A stretch of DNA of 64,000 nt, taken from positions 13,792-77,791 of the IMG/VR virus record IMGVR_UViG_3300020577_011550, one strand, 5' to 3'. The notes beneath the pieces were generated by a model. That model ran no database searches and was not told where the DNA came from. It saw nothing but the letters and a program-made list of their open reading frames with translations. The translations under genes were made by a program, and so were the position numbers. Of the stretch, positions 1 to 9,023 are shown piece by piece (position 1 is the stretch's first letter; the number at the start of each line of letters is the position of its first letter). Source of the stretch: a virus (taxonomy: Duplodnaviria > Caudoviricetes).

Positions 1-155
1 AGCCGCAGCCTGGCATGATCTTCAACCTGATGATGCAGCTGCACACGACCGCGCCGGAAACGCTGTTCGTCGGCGATCAGGAATCGGACTGCAAAGCCGC
101 GACGAACGCGGGCGTTCGCTTCCAGTGGGTGAAGGAGTTCTTTGGATGGTCGTGA
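1..155 (+). CDS. 3' end of HAD-IIIA family phosphatase (partial)
   Basis: Frame 3 translates (K)PQPGMIFN...TLFVGDQESDCKAATNAGVRFQW, matching HAD motifs III/IV (KPxPGM, VGD..D); stop TGA at 153-155. Confidence 0.7.
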   Translation, partial: PQPGMIFNLMMQLHTTAPETLFVGDQESDCKAATNAGVRFQWVKEFFGWS

Positions 156-532
156 GCTACGTCCACAAGCACAACCGGCGGACGCTGCGCAAGGCACTGG
201 ATGAACGCATTCGGCGGATGCTCCAGCTTTGCGCAGACGATCTCACCCGGTCAGGCTTTGCGGGCAAGGTGCGTGTGATCTTCCAGACGGGGAAAAGCCG
301 CGTGCAAGCGCGGCTCTATGGGCTGTGCTGTTTCTTCCACCCCACCCCGACTATTTATATCTACACCCGCTATTGCCGGATCAAGACCATTCTCGACACT
401 ATCGCGCACGAGTTCGGCCACGTCGCGCATTTCGTGCTGTTTCCGGAGAGTCGGACGCACTGGTGCAAAGCCTACCGGGAGAAGTTCGCCGTGATGTATG
501 CGCAGATTATGCTGGAACGGTTGGGGGTATAG
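146..532 (+). CDS. HEXXH zinc metallopeptidase-like protein (ImmA/SprT-like)
   Basis: TIAHEFGHVAH motif; ATG at 146 overlaps the upstream stop. Confidence 0.6.
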   Translation: MVVSYVHKHNRRTLRKALDERIRRMLQLCADDLTRSGFAGKVRVIFQTGKSRVQARLYGLCCFFHPTPTIYIYTRYCRIKTILDTIAHEFGHVAHFVLFPESRTHWCKAYREKFAVMYAQIMLERLGV

Positions 533-533
533 C

Positions 534-632
534 GTGACGATCATTGACTTTCTCATCCTCTGGTTTATAGCCAGCATTCCGGCCTCGCTGCTGATGGGGC
601 GCTTTCTGCGCTGGTGCGATACAGGCGAATGA
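534..632 (+). CDS. small hydrophobic peptide
   Basis: GTG start; MTIIDFLILWFIASIPASLLMGRFLRWCDTGE fills the gap between neighbours and its TGA overlaps the next ATG. Confidence 0.4.
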   Translation: MTIIDFLILWFIASIPASLLMGRFLRWCDTGE

Positions 633-1381
633 CTTACCAGCTCCCGCTCCTGAACGGCATTAACCTGCCGATCTGCCCCACCTGCCACCGTGAGACGCAT
701 GTCCTTGGACAATGGTCGCCATCCGGTCGGCTGTTCGTTTGCCGTGACTGCATGAGCACCTACGGACCGCCAGACGGCGTGTTTGTGCCTCATGACAATT
801 CGGTCGGCGTGGGGCTTCGGCAGGAACCACAATATGCCAAGGAGCGCGAGCTATACCACCGGCGGGCGCAAGTGCTTGAGGAATTGGCGAAGGGCTGCAT
901 CTACACCATCAAGGATATCGACGAGCAGGACAATCTACCGTGCACGAAAGAGAATGACCTCTACCTGCTCGTTGAGTACCACGTGAACCCGATGGCCTTC
1001 CAGCGTCCGATCTATGTGGATATGCGCCTCGGCTGTCGCCGCTGTCAGAACCGGTTGCGCTATGTCATGCAGCAGCGCAGCGCGACGATCAACTTTAAGG
1101 AGCGGATGCGGGCGACACTCAGCCAAACGGCCAGCCTGCCGATCTGCGCCCGGTGTGGATCGGTGCATGACAACCGCACGCTGAGCGGGGACGCGGCTGC
1201 GTACTGCCAGCACTGCGATGACATGAACGCGGTGGAATCATTCTGGCAGCATCGCGGTATTTTTGGTGGGGAAGATGACGAAAGCATTCTTGATCGACTC
1301 CAGAAATCACACCCCGGCCTGTTCGAACGGGGAGTCTTACCGGATGGGTGGTTCATCCTTCGCGCAAAGGAGCAATCGTGA
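629..1381 (+). CDS. multi-CxxC zinc-finger hypothetical protein
   Basis: CPTC, CRDC, CRRC, CARC and CQHC motifs; start/stop overlaps with both neighbours. Confidence 0.6.
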   Translation: MTYQLPLLNGINLPICPTCHRETHVLGQWSPSGRLFVCRDCMSTYGPPDGVFVPHDNSVGVGLRQEPQYAKERELYHRRAQVLEELAKGCIYTIKDIDEQDNLPCTKENDLYLLVEYHVNPMAFQRPIYVDMRLGCRRCQNRLRYVMQQRSATINFKERMRATLSQTASLPICARCGSVHDNRTLSGDAAAYCQHCDDMNAVESFWQHRGIFGGEDDESILDRLQKSHPGLFERGVLPDGWFILRAKEQS

Positions 1382-1644
1382 AAGCTGTTATTCGTCTCAT
1401 CCAATGGGTATTCGCCAGTCCGCTGCGACATCAAGAACGCGTCGATGGCTACCGCCGTCGCATCAGCGACTTTTGCGGCGGGCTAACGGACATCCAGTGG
1501 GAAGCGGTGCTGTACGACTGTGTTGCACGATCCGCCTATCAGGGCGAATCTTTATGGTATGAGCTGGGCTGCTACGAAGAAGCGGCATCCATCGGCGGCA
1601 AAGAGACCGTGCTGGCACGGATTCAATATGGGGGTGAACGGTGA
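1378..1644 (+). CDS. hypothetical protein
   Basis: GTGA overlap with both neighbours. Confidence 0.5.
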   Translation: MKAVIRLIQWVFASPLRHQERVDGYRRRISDFCGGLTDIQWEAVLYDCVARSAYQGESLWYELGCYEEAASIGGKETVLARIQYGGER

Positions 1645-2105
1645 GCCTTTACCTGATTCAGCGCGGACCGCGCCCAGCTTATCACAAAGCGCCATTCCAC
1701 CCGGTCATCATTTGCGACCGAAAAAGGATCGGTGAATGGGAATCGCAGGATACAGATAATAAGTGCAATGTTTGGGTCAATTCCACGGGGCCGCACTCAG
1801 GTTGGTTGATGCGGCGGTGGCAGGGGTTGATCATCGACTATGGGCATGTTGTCCACAAGATTGTGCTTCCAGATGGAACAGAAGCGGATTTTTACCGAGA
1901 CTATGATGATCCGCACACGATCAAACATCTGCTGCCCGGCGCAATCTGGTGGAGCGATAAGGTCATGCCCAAATGGATAGAAGCACTGGGCGTGGTCTAC
2001 CCATTGGATAAATTTACACAGGGCTGCATTTTGGATGCAGTAGCCGACGATGGGTGCATGGGAGCGACCCGCCCACTACCAACGCATTGGAAAAGACGGG
2101 AGTAG
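1641..2105 (+). CDS. hypothetical protein
   Basis: 154-aa ORF in tightly packed operon. Confidence 0.5.
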   Translation: MSLYLIQRGPRPAYHKAPFHPVIICDRKRIGEWESQDTDNKCNVWVNSTGPHSGWLMRRWQGLIIDYGHVVHKIVLPDGTEADFYRDYDDPHTIKHLLPGAIWWSDKVMPKWIEALGVVYPLDKFTQGCILDAVADDGCMGATRPLPTHWKRRE

Positions 2106-2108
2106 ATA

Positions 2109-2444
2109 GTGAAAACGCCGCAATTCAGCAAACTGATCGAGCTGGCACAATCGCTCAAATGGTTGGTGTGGGCGTACGACGTGCCGGATTACAGCAAAGT
2201 CGAGCCGGCGAAGCTCAGCGCGCCGCTCAAGCGCATTTACGTGCTGAGATCTCCTAATGGCGTGCCGTTTCGGGATGGGATGCCCGTTGTGGCTGAGCAG
2301 ATTAGTGAAGAGGAATCCGCTTCACCGGATGTGGCAGCAAGGAGATTCAAATTTAAAGCCCCTGCCCGCGAAACCGAACTCGAGGCGTGGCAGGACTTAC
2401 CACAGACGGAAGATCAACTTCGTCAACACTCACTACGAAGCTAG
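2109..2444 (+). CDS. hypothetical protein
   Basis: 111-aa ORF in operon. Confidence 0.45.
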   Translation: MKTPQFSKLIELAQSLKWLVWAYDVPDYSKVEPAKLSAPLKRIYVLRSPNGVPFRDGMPVVAEQISEEESASPDVAARRFKFKAPARETELEAWQDLPQTEDQLRQHSLRS

Positions 2445-2457
2445 GTGAAAGACGGAT

Positions 2458-2778
2458 ATGGACATTACTCCAATTTTAGAACGTCTGGTTAAAGCCAGAA
2501 CTCAGGCGGGCTTGTCGCAAGCACAGGTCGCAAAGATGTTTGAGGTGGAACGTACCACCATTACAAACTGGGAGGCAGGATTATCGCCTCTAACCCTCAA
2601 GAACTTCTTGCACCTGTGTGAAACCTATGGTGTATCGTCGACGTGGGTTCTCACGGGCGTCAACCCGGATTTTGATAAGGAAGCGTTCATGAAGGCGATG
2701 AGCGGTACTTTCGTGAACATGGCGAAACTGATCGAAGTATTCGAGATGATCGCAACCGAAAACGAGGTGAAATTGTGA
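2458..2778 (+). CDS. XRE-family HTH transcriptional regulator
   Basis: LVKARTQAGLSQAQVAKMFEVERTTITNWEAG, a classic HTH_3 pattern. Confidence 0.85.
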   Translation: MDITPILERLVKARTQAGLSQAQVAKMFEVERTTITNWEAGLSPLTLKNFLHLCETYGVSSTWVLTGVNPDFDKEAFMKAMSGTFVNMAKLIEVFEMIATENEVKL

Positions 2779-3146
2779 CCGACACACTGATCGGCGCACT
2801 GTTGAATCAAATCGAAAGCGGGAGCAAGGCCGCCGCCCCTGCCCTACTCGCATTCAAGGCGATGGCGGAAGCTCTCCCAGGCATTCGGCAGCCTGAAGTG
2901 ATCGCGGCGTTGAATCGCATGTGCAAACATGACGATGAGACTCTACGTAAGCAGGCGCGTGAAGCGCGGTTGCTGATGTGGATACCTCAACCAGACGAAC
3001 GCGTGCGCGTGAATGGTTATCCGGGGCGCGTCCACGGTCTGCGAGACAACCAGATTCAGGCGACCGTCGAAATTGATGATGGTCATCGGCTCATGGTCGA
3101 CGATGTGTACATCTGGGAGATTACACCGAGGACGAAGACGCGATGA
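2775..3146 (+). CDS. hypothetical protein (HEAT-like helices plus SH3-like C-terminus)
   Basis: GTGA overlaps; 123 aa. Confidence 0.55.
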   Translation: MTDTLIGALLNQIESGSKAAAPALLAFKAMAEALPGIRQPEVIAALNRMCKHDDETLRKQAREARLLMWIPQPDERVRVNGYPGRVHGLRDNQIQATVEIDDGHRLMVDDVYIWEITPRTKTR

Positions 3147-3685
3147 GCTTTCAACGCGGCGACGTGGTGCAGCACAACGAACACAAGTGGATCGGCGTGG
3201 TCGAGTCGGTCAATTCACTGCTGGGTGACCTGTTCGGCGAATGGTTGGGCGAGGTCATCTGGTTCGAGGGTGACGACCTCGCCAAACGCAGCGCCCGCGC
3301 GGATCAGATTACCAAGATCGACGGGTACGAGTTTGAGGCAGCATTGGCACTTGGGGATGTTGACCGCCTACGCCAACTCTACACCGACATGAAGCAGCAG
3401 CGCGATCAAGCAATCATGGCGACCGTCCCCGAGCTGCATCGCCGCTATCAACTCACTCTGAAGCTCGGCGCGGATAGTGTCGATGACCTCGACGGTGCGC
3501 TCAACAGCGTTCAATTTGATGTATCGGTGCTGATCGACAAACAGTATCTGAATCGCAGCTACCAAAGCGTCAGCGGTGGCCCAACGCGAGACTGGACGCT
3601 TGACATCGAATTCGACCCGGAAATGACGCATGAACGCCATTTCGAAGAGATCAGAGCCTATCTGGAGAAGAAACGTGGGAATTAA
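3143..3685 (+). CDS. hypothetical protein with SH3/KOW-like N-terminus
   Basis: GDVVQH...GVVESV; shares FEAALxLGD with the next ORF. Confidence 0.6.
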   Translation: MSFQRGDVVQHNEHKWIGVVESVNSLLGDLFGEWLGEVIWFEGDDLAKRSARADQITKIDGYEFEAALALGDVDRLRQLYTDMKQQRDQAIMATVPELHRRYQLTLKLGADSVDDLDGALNSVQFDVSVLIDKQYLNRSYQSVSGGPTRDWTLDIEFDPEMTHERHFEEIRAYLEKKRGN

Positions 3686-4421
3686 TCGCGGGACGGTGGT
3701 CACCCACCTGAATATGAACGACCTGCGGGGCGTTGTGGCCGAAGTCAGCACGAACTATGCGCGTGTCATCTGGTTCAACGACACCCTGACGATGCGGGAT
3801 GCAGTTACCTTAGTTGCGCTCAGCCCGGTTCCGAATCAGGAAGCCTACGCCTTCGAAGCCGCGCTCTATCTCGGTGATACAGGAAAGGTGCTGGATCTCT
3901 ACCGCGCTGAAAAGAAGCGCATGGACGGCTGGCAAGAGCACTTCCAGCCGCTGATCGACCAGTACGGCGCAGCGGAAATAGCGTGGATCGCTGGGAGCAT
4001 CGCGGGCATGGTCGCAACCGGGCAGTTCACGCCGGAAGATGCGATCCGGCACTGGGAACGGCCGCAAGCGATTGTCTCTGGGCAGGCTATCTTCTACGGT
4101 AAGTCTCTCGCGCCGAAATGGGTGACCGATCTGGAACGCCGTTTTGCAACCACCCGGCACGAAGCTCCCAAATGGCCGCCGCCCGATTGGTGGCTCAGCG
4201 GCATGCGCCTCGTCGAAGCCCGCGCACGTTTTGACAAATATACGAGCGGCCTGACCGACGGCGAATGGCAAGCTATTCTTGATCGGTGCAATGAAGCCAA
4301 CAAAGCCAGCCCCGACGCCGACGCGTTCTGGAAGGAGCTTGACGCTTACGAAAAGCTTGCCCGGAACTTCGGCAAAGGCCTGCTGCTTGCGAATGTGCAG
4401 AAGGCAAACACCGATGAATAA
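3675..4421 (+). CDS. hypothetical protein, N-terminus paralogous to 3143..3685
   Basis: GTVVTH...GVVAEV...FEAALYLGD; GTG start at 3675. Confidence 0.6.
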   Translation: MGINRGTVVTHLNMNDLRGVVAEVSTNYARVIWFNDTLTMRDAVTLVALSPVPNQEAYAFEAALYLGDTGKVLDLYRAEKKRMDGWQEHFQPLIDQYGAAEIAWIAGSIAGMVATGQFTPEDAIRHWERPQAIVSGQAIFYGKSLAPKWVTDLERRFATTRHEAPKWPPPDWWLSGMRLVEARARFDKYTSGLTDGEWQAILDRCNEANKASPDADAFWKELDAYEKLARNFGKGLLLANVQKANTDE

Positions 4422-4749
4422 CACACTTCGAGCCGAATACTACGATTATGTGCGTCGCGCCTGGGAGAATGATGCGACGGCTATGGACTACGAGCAGTGG
4501 CTTGAAGCGCGGATCGCCGATCTGACGACCGCGCTCACCCCATTCGCGCGGTTTGGGCTGCTCAAGCACACCTACGCACCGGAGGCCGTGTTCACGCTGG
4601 TGCATGACCGCGACGGCAATCGGATCGTCATCAAGTTTGGCGACTTCACGGAAGCGGCTAAGCAGATCCCCGGCCTGACGCTCACCCCATCCGAGACCGA
4701 GACCATTGGCGCGGCTGGTGGTATCGCGCAGATTATGGAGCAGTCATGA
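4414..4749 (+). CDS. hypothetical protein
   Basis: ATG at 4414 overlapping upstream gene; GC3-rich codons. Confidence 0.55.
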   Translation: MNNTLRAEYYDYVRRAWENDATAMDYEQWLEARIADLTTALTPFARFGLLKHTYAPEAVFTLVHDRDGNRIVIKFGDFTEAAKQIPGLTLTPSETETIGAAGGIAQIMEQS

Positions 4750-5324
4750 AGAAGTCATTGATCCCCGTAACCTTCGATGAGAAAGACGGCGTGAACGTGC
4801 ACATGTTTACCCGGGTGCTTTTCACGCCCGGTCAGAACATGTGGGGGCTCGATCCCGAAGGCGTATACGAAGGCATCTATGTCGGCTGGAATCACCCACT
4901 AAACAGCCCGGTTGAAATCAAGATCGACCATGTTCTTCCAGGGCCGCAACCGGTCCGCCTGAAGCCGTCAATTGAGAACGTTTGGCGCATCTGGGACGCC
5001 CGCGACGATGAGGTCGAAGCGCTGCGCAGCGCGCTTGAACAAATGCGCCTTGCTTTGAAAGATGCAGGTAAGGCGCTGCAAGACTTTTATCTAGGACGGG
5101 TGACACCTGAGAGAGCTAAACTGGAACGCTCGATCGCCGATTTAGATTGGCGATTAACGCCTGTGCAGGCAGCAGTCCTCACTCGATACCGCGACTTTAT
5201 CAAGCAGAAGCTTGACAGCGATGATATGAAAGCATTGCGGACGTTTGCTCAGTCTGAAGATTATCGGGTTGCTTTCGGTGACATGGGCTTCGATGAAGCA
5301 TGGGACCGCTTCAATAGTGCCTAA
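4746..5324 (+). CDS. hypothetical protein
   Basis: ATGA overlap; 192 aa. Confidence 0.55.
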   Translation: MKKSLIPVTFDEKDGVNVHMFTRVLFTPGQNMWGLDPEGVYEGIYVGWNHPLNSPVEIKIDHVLPGPQPVRLKPSIENVWRIWDARDDEVEALRSALEQMRLALKDAGKALQDFYLGRVTPERAKLERSIADLDWRLTPVQAAVLTRYRDFIKQKLDSDDMKALRTFAQSEDYRVAFGDMGFDEAWDRFNSA

Positions 5325-5538
5325 TCCGCGCCTGCTGCTGGTCATCGCCGCGTTAATCGGCATGACCAGCGGCCATGTGCTGGGCGCACTGGTGGCGGTC
5401 TTCGTCACCAAACTCGTGGTAGTACCGATGCTCTTCCCTGCCCCGCCTGCACCTGCACCAAAGGCGACGCCGGCGAAGAAGCCCACGACGAAAACAACCA
5501 AATCGACGAGCACGTCGAGAAAGAAGAAGACGACTTGA
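5317..5538 (+). CDS. small membrane protein with basic Lys/Thr-rich tail
   Basis: Two hydrophobic segments followed by PAPKATPAKKPTTK. Confidence 0.5.
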   Translation: MPNPRLLLVIAALIGMTSGHVLGALVAVFVTKLVVVPMLFPAPPAPAPKATPAKKPTTKTTKSTSTSRKKKTT

Positions 5539-5771
5539 CTCAGAAGTCCATTCCCATCGCCCGTTTCGCCGCGCTGATGCATGACGCCGAAGCCGCGGTC
5601 AAGGCCAACGACTTGGCGACGCTGGAACGCATCAACGCCGAGATCGAGCAGATCGGCTACCGCGTGATCGTCCGGAACGGCGAAACGCTGGTGCAGCAGC
5701 TATACTTCAATCCGGCGACCGGGCGCTATGAATTCCCGTCGCCCGTGCCAGAACGAAAGGAAACGAACTGA
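5535..5771 (+). CDS. hypothetical protein
   Basis: Overlaps neighbours; typical codon usage. Confidence 0.55.
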   Translation: MTQKSIPIARFAALMHDAEAAVKANDLATLERINAEIEQIGYRVIVRNGETLVQQLYFNPATGRYEFPSPVPERKETN

Positions 5772-6229
5772 TGGACGACCGTGGACAACTGATCGAACTG
5801 ACCGAGCGCCAGCAGCGCATCCTCACCATCATCTGGCATTTGAGCGTGGACGAGCCGCAGACGATTCAACGGTTGGGCGAACACGACGCTTTTTGGAAGG
5901 CGACCGAGGCCGAGCGGGCAGCCGCCGTCGAAGCATTCCGCGCCGATCTTCAGCCGATGGTCGCGCTGCATCTGGTGACCATCGATGCTCAGGAACGCGT
6001 CGCGCTGACGCACATGGGCTTCGGACATGGCTACGCGGTCAGCCTGTGGAGGCAGGGTGTTTCGCCGAAGCTCGCCAAACAATGGAATTGGACGGGTGTG
6101 CCGATCCCGGATCACCCAATGAAGTTCGTCCGCCCCACCGAAGCCGAAAAGCGCATGGTGTGGGACATCCACGACCCCGCCAAAGCGGATGAGGTCAACG
6201 CCTGGTGGAACGAAGAAGACGCGGAATAA
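5771..6229 (+). CDS. winged-helix-like hypothetical protein
   Basis: LQPMVALHLVTIDAQERVALTHMG resembles a wHTH wing; followed by a terminator. Confidence 0.55.
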   Translation: MDDRGQLIELTERQQRILTIIWHLSVDEPQTIQRLGEHDAFWKATEAERAAAVEAFRADLQPMVALHLVTIDAQERVALTHMGFGHGYAVSLWRQGVSPKLAKQWNWTGVPIPDHPMKFVRPTEAEKRMVWDIHDPAKADEVNAWWNEEDAE

Positions 6230-6264
6230 CAAAAACGCCCCTCGATATGAGGGGCGTTTTGTTT
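6230..6264. terminator. bidirectional intrinsic terminator
   Basis: AAAACGCCCCTC-gatat-GAGGGGCGTTTT with U-runs on both strands. Confidence 0.85.
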
Positions 6265-6981
6265 AAAGGGCGGTTTTGTGAAACGGGTCAGTTCCACGAG
6301 CAAAGGGTCGATGACCCACACCTACCGCCGACTCATCGGCATGACCACCCCGGTAGCCCTGCCACTACCGCCACGCAGGTTCGCTAGCCTCTGCGTGTGC
6401 CTCCGTCCTCTGGTGGGTTTGGCGGCCCTCTACGTCCGCCTCAGCTCAAAAGGTTTGCAAATCACGGTGAAGGGGTTGAACCTCCCGGCATCGGTAGATG
6501 ATGAAAACACCGTCAGCCTACTGAACCGTGATGCGGACTCGAAAGGGTGGAAAAAGCACCCCAACACGCGCCGCTGACGTTTCCGCGCTTTCCGTCATTT
6601 TCCTGCTGAAGGTTGCGGCTCCTTCTGTCCTCCGCTCCACGAAACACAAAACCGTTGGGGGACTGGCAATCGTTGGACGGTTACAGCGTCCGCTTACGGG
6701 ACGCCCTGTGTTGCGCTTCGTCGCATCGCTGGACGACCGCCCTGAACCTGCTCGGGCGCGGCTCCCCTATTCACCAGGTGAACGGCGGTGACCCCCTGAA
6801 AGGCTAGTGCAGAGCCGAGTCTTCGTACCCCGGCTGCGGACGTTGCCTTGTGCCACAGTGCGGAGTTGAACCGCATACATCCCTGTTCTTGAACGGGGCG
6901 CTCTACCGGTGAGCCACATGCAGCAGACGGGACACGGTTGCCCATGCCCCTCACATCGAACCTTGATCATGCACTCAACCC
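6232..6981 (-). ncRNA. large (~750 nt) structured ncRNA, GOLLD-like, with embedded tRNA-like domain
   Basis: Bounded by a TTGACA-N18-TATATT promoter and the 6230 terminator; no convincing ORF; many hairpins; cloverleaf near the 5' end. Family assignment is inferred from size, phage context and the embedded tRNA. Confidence 0.6.
6851..6925 (-). tRNA. tRNA-like cloverleaf inside the large ncRNA (atypical, no CCA)
   Basis: D arm GCTC-ACCGGTA-GAGC; T arm TGCGG-TTCAACT-CCGCA; anticodon arm CCCCG-TTCAAGAA-CAGGG with an 8-nt loop and one C-A mismatch; acceptor stem has a bulged U. Confidence 0.55.
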
Positions 6982-6987
6982 GCCTCA

Positions 6988-7017
6988 AATATAGAACAGG
7001 TGGGCTAATTCTGTCAA
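6988..7017 (-). promoter_or_regulatory. sigma70-type promoter for the large ncRNA
   Basis: Minus strand TTGACA (7017-7012), 18-nt spacer, TATATT (6993-6988). Confidence 0.7.
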
Positions 7018-7088
7018 CAATCAGTTTGTTATAACTTTCAAATGTACCCGCCCTGCCCTCCGTATGGGGAATGGTTCACACACGATGC

Positions 7089-8390
7089 GTGGCACTCTAC
7101 AGCGGCTAAAGTCGCGTAGCATTTGAACGACGCTTGCGCTTGCCATTGCCTTTCAGCAATGACAGAGGCGCTACGTTATCGTTCACGGATGTGCCCCATC
7201 CGGCTCGATTTAAAATGTTGATCGCAGCATTGTGGTCTCTATCGAGCGAGAGGCCACAATCACATTCTACCCATCGGATTGATAGGCCGAAGTCATCAAA
7301 CAGTGAACCACAATTCGAGCATGTTTTGGAAGTGTAGGCAGGATCTACAAACGCGATCTCACGTCCGGCACTCGCAGCCTTGTACGTGAGCAATTGCTTG
7401 AAGAAACCCCACCCGGCGTCCAAAATGCTTTTACTGAGGTGTTTATTCCGTGCCATGTTGGTGATGCTTAAGTTCTCAATCGCAATCCGGTCATATCGCC
7501 GTACAAGATCATGACTCAGCTTGTGCATAAAGTCCTGACGCTGATTGGCAACGTGTTCATGCTGGCGCTGCACTTTCAGCAACTTCTTGCGGCGATTTTT
7601 CGACCCACGTTTCGCCCGCGCTAACTGACGCTGCAAACGGCGTAGACGTTTCTGTCCAGATCTATAAAAGCTAGGGTTGGTGGTCTTTTCCCCATCACTG
7701 GTTGTGATCAGTGACGCAATCCCAACATCGATCCCCACCACATGTCCATTTTTAGGGAGCGTTAACGGTTCGACAGTCTCGCAGGTAAAACAAACATACC
7801 ACTTGTCAGCGCGGCGAAGGATACGCAGAGTCTTGATTGTACCTTCTAGCGGGCGATGCCAACGCACGGGGATACGTCCGACGCCAAACAACCTCAAGCG
7901 GCGACCATCCAGCTTTGCCCCCATGCCGTACTGCTTGAACTCAAAACTGTTAAAACGGTTGCGAGACTTGAAGCGTGGATAGCCGGGGTTCTCTCCTGCT
8001 TTGACACGGCGAAAGAACGCCTGAAACGCAAAATCCACCTGTTTAACAACAGCTTGTGCTGTCTGACTAAACATCTGTTGGGCTGGCGGGAAAGTTAAAC
8101 GATAGTGTTTGGCAAGCTGCTCTAAGTCCGAAAGCGTGACCGTGCGTTTTTCTAGCTTGTAGGCGTATTTTCGTTCCGCTAGCGCCATGTTGTACAGGTT
8201 GCGGGCGCAATCTAAAACACGCAGTAAGTGTTTCTCCTGCGCCTTGCTTGGGTACAAGCGGTATTTAAAAACCTTGATATGAGTGCTAGAATTCGCCATG
8301 CTCTGACAGTCCTATTGTCGGAGAGCCAGTGGGGATTGCCGTCCCGTGACTGGCATTTTTTATTTTAGCACAAATGTTTGATTGTGCAAC
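7089..8390 (-). mobile_element. IS200/IS605-family tnpB-only element (left end approximate)
   Basis: After the tnpB stop comes a hairpin and ...GTAGAGTGCCAC, resembling IS605-type right ends; a leader hairpin GCCAGT...ACTGGC and extended -10 TGcTAAAAT lie upstream; no tnpA adjacent. Confidence 0.65.
7106..8299 (-). CDS. tnpB: RNA-guided endonuclease TnpB
   Basis: N-terminal FKYRLYP HTH; RuvC-I GIDVG, RuvC-II AIENL, Zn finger TSKTCSNCG...CDCG, RuvC-III DRDHNAAINI. Confidence 0.95.
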   Translation of the reverse strand: MANSSTHIKVFKYRLYPSKAQEKHLLRVLDCARNLYNMALAERKYAYKLEKRTVTLSDLEQLAKHYRLTFPPAQQMFSQTAQAVVKQVDFAFQAFFRRVKAGENPGYPRFKSRNRFNSFEFKQYGMGAKLDGRRLRLFGVGRIPVRWHRPLEGTIKTLRILRRADKWYVCFTCETVEPLTLPKNGHVVGIDVGIASLITTSDGEKTTNPSFYRSGQKRLRRLQRQLARAKRGSKNRRKKLLKVQRQHEHVANQRQDFMHKLSHDLVRRYDRIAIENLSITNMARNKHLSKSILDAGWGFFKQLLTYKAASAGREIAFVDPAYTSKTCSNCGSLFDDFGLSIRWVECDCGLSLDRDHNAAINILNRAGWGTSVNDNVAPLSLLKGNGKRKRRSNATRL

Positions 8391-8476
8391 CCTTAATCCC
8401 CTACCCCACCCTTTTCTCAAAATTCATGCGCGTGCTTTTGACAACCCTTATAGGCGACAACCTAAAGCTTTCTTAC

Positions 8477-8505
8477 TTGCTATACCATATGGTTTATGGT
8501 ATAGT
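8477..8505 (+). promoter_or_regulatory. promoter with embedded palindromic operator (copy 1)
   Basis: TTGCTA-N17-TATAGT containing TATACCATA-tggtt-TATGGTATA. Confidence 0.8.
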
Positions 8506-8540
8506 TCTCATAATCACACACACGAAAGGATTTTGAGGTT

Positions 8541-9023
8541 ATGAGCACGAAAGCACAGCGTTTACTCCCCCACCTGATCGCCCACCTGAACGTTTGGAAC
8601 GAGCGCGCGTTCACCGTGTCACAGTTGTACGACGACCTGCTGCGCACGATTGACGATCCCAACTTCGACGTGCTGGAAGGTGTCAGCGAAGCCATCATCC
8701 GCGACGCCGCCAAGCTGCTGCCGGAAGGCTGCGTGAAGGTTCTGCCGAATCGCCGCCTTGTTCTCCAAGCCCGTGCCTTTGCCAAGCCTGAGGAACTTGT
8801 CAAAGTCCTGCGCGCCATCGAACGCGAACGGTTTCCGGAGACCGCCGATCTGAATCTCGGTCTGTTCGTCGACAAACTGATCGAAGACCTGCAATTCCGG
8901 CTGGTGTTGGGTCGTCCGTGGTACGTCCACCAATCGCTGGATTGGGCGAAGGCGACCGGGCTGTTTGAAGTGACGCCCACGTTCTACGGCATGATGCTGC
9001 GTTGGACGCGAGGTGCAGCGTGA
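8541..9023 (+). CDS. hypothetical protein (first gene of DNA-metabolism operon)
   Basis: Strong SD GAAAGGA...GAGG; 160 aa. Confidence 0.7.
   Translation: MSTKAQRLLPHLIAHLNVWNERAFTVSQLYDDLLRTIDDPNFDVLEGVSEAIIRDAAKLLPEGCVKVLPNRRLVLQARAFAKPEELVKVLRAIERERFPETADLNLGLFVDKLIEDLQFRLVLGRPWYVHQSLDWAKATGLFEVTPTFYGMMLRWTRGAA

Noticed and set aside
6851-6925. Stand-alone functional tRNA-Leu(CAA) gene
   Set aside because: 8-nt anticodon loop, bulged acceptor, short variable arm, no CCA, and it lies inside a longer transcription unit.
6278-6988. Short ORFs (60-100 aa) on both strands in the ncRNA interval
   Set aside because: No SD or motifs, conflicting overlaps, and promoter/terminator geometry fits one non-coding transcript.
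7045-7079. A second IS right end on the plus strand (...GGGGAATGGTTCAC)
   Set aside because: The hairpin is weak and no tnpB remnant lies upstream; probably coincidental.
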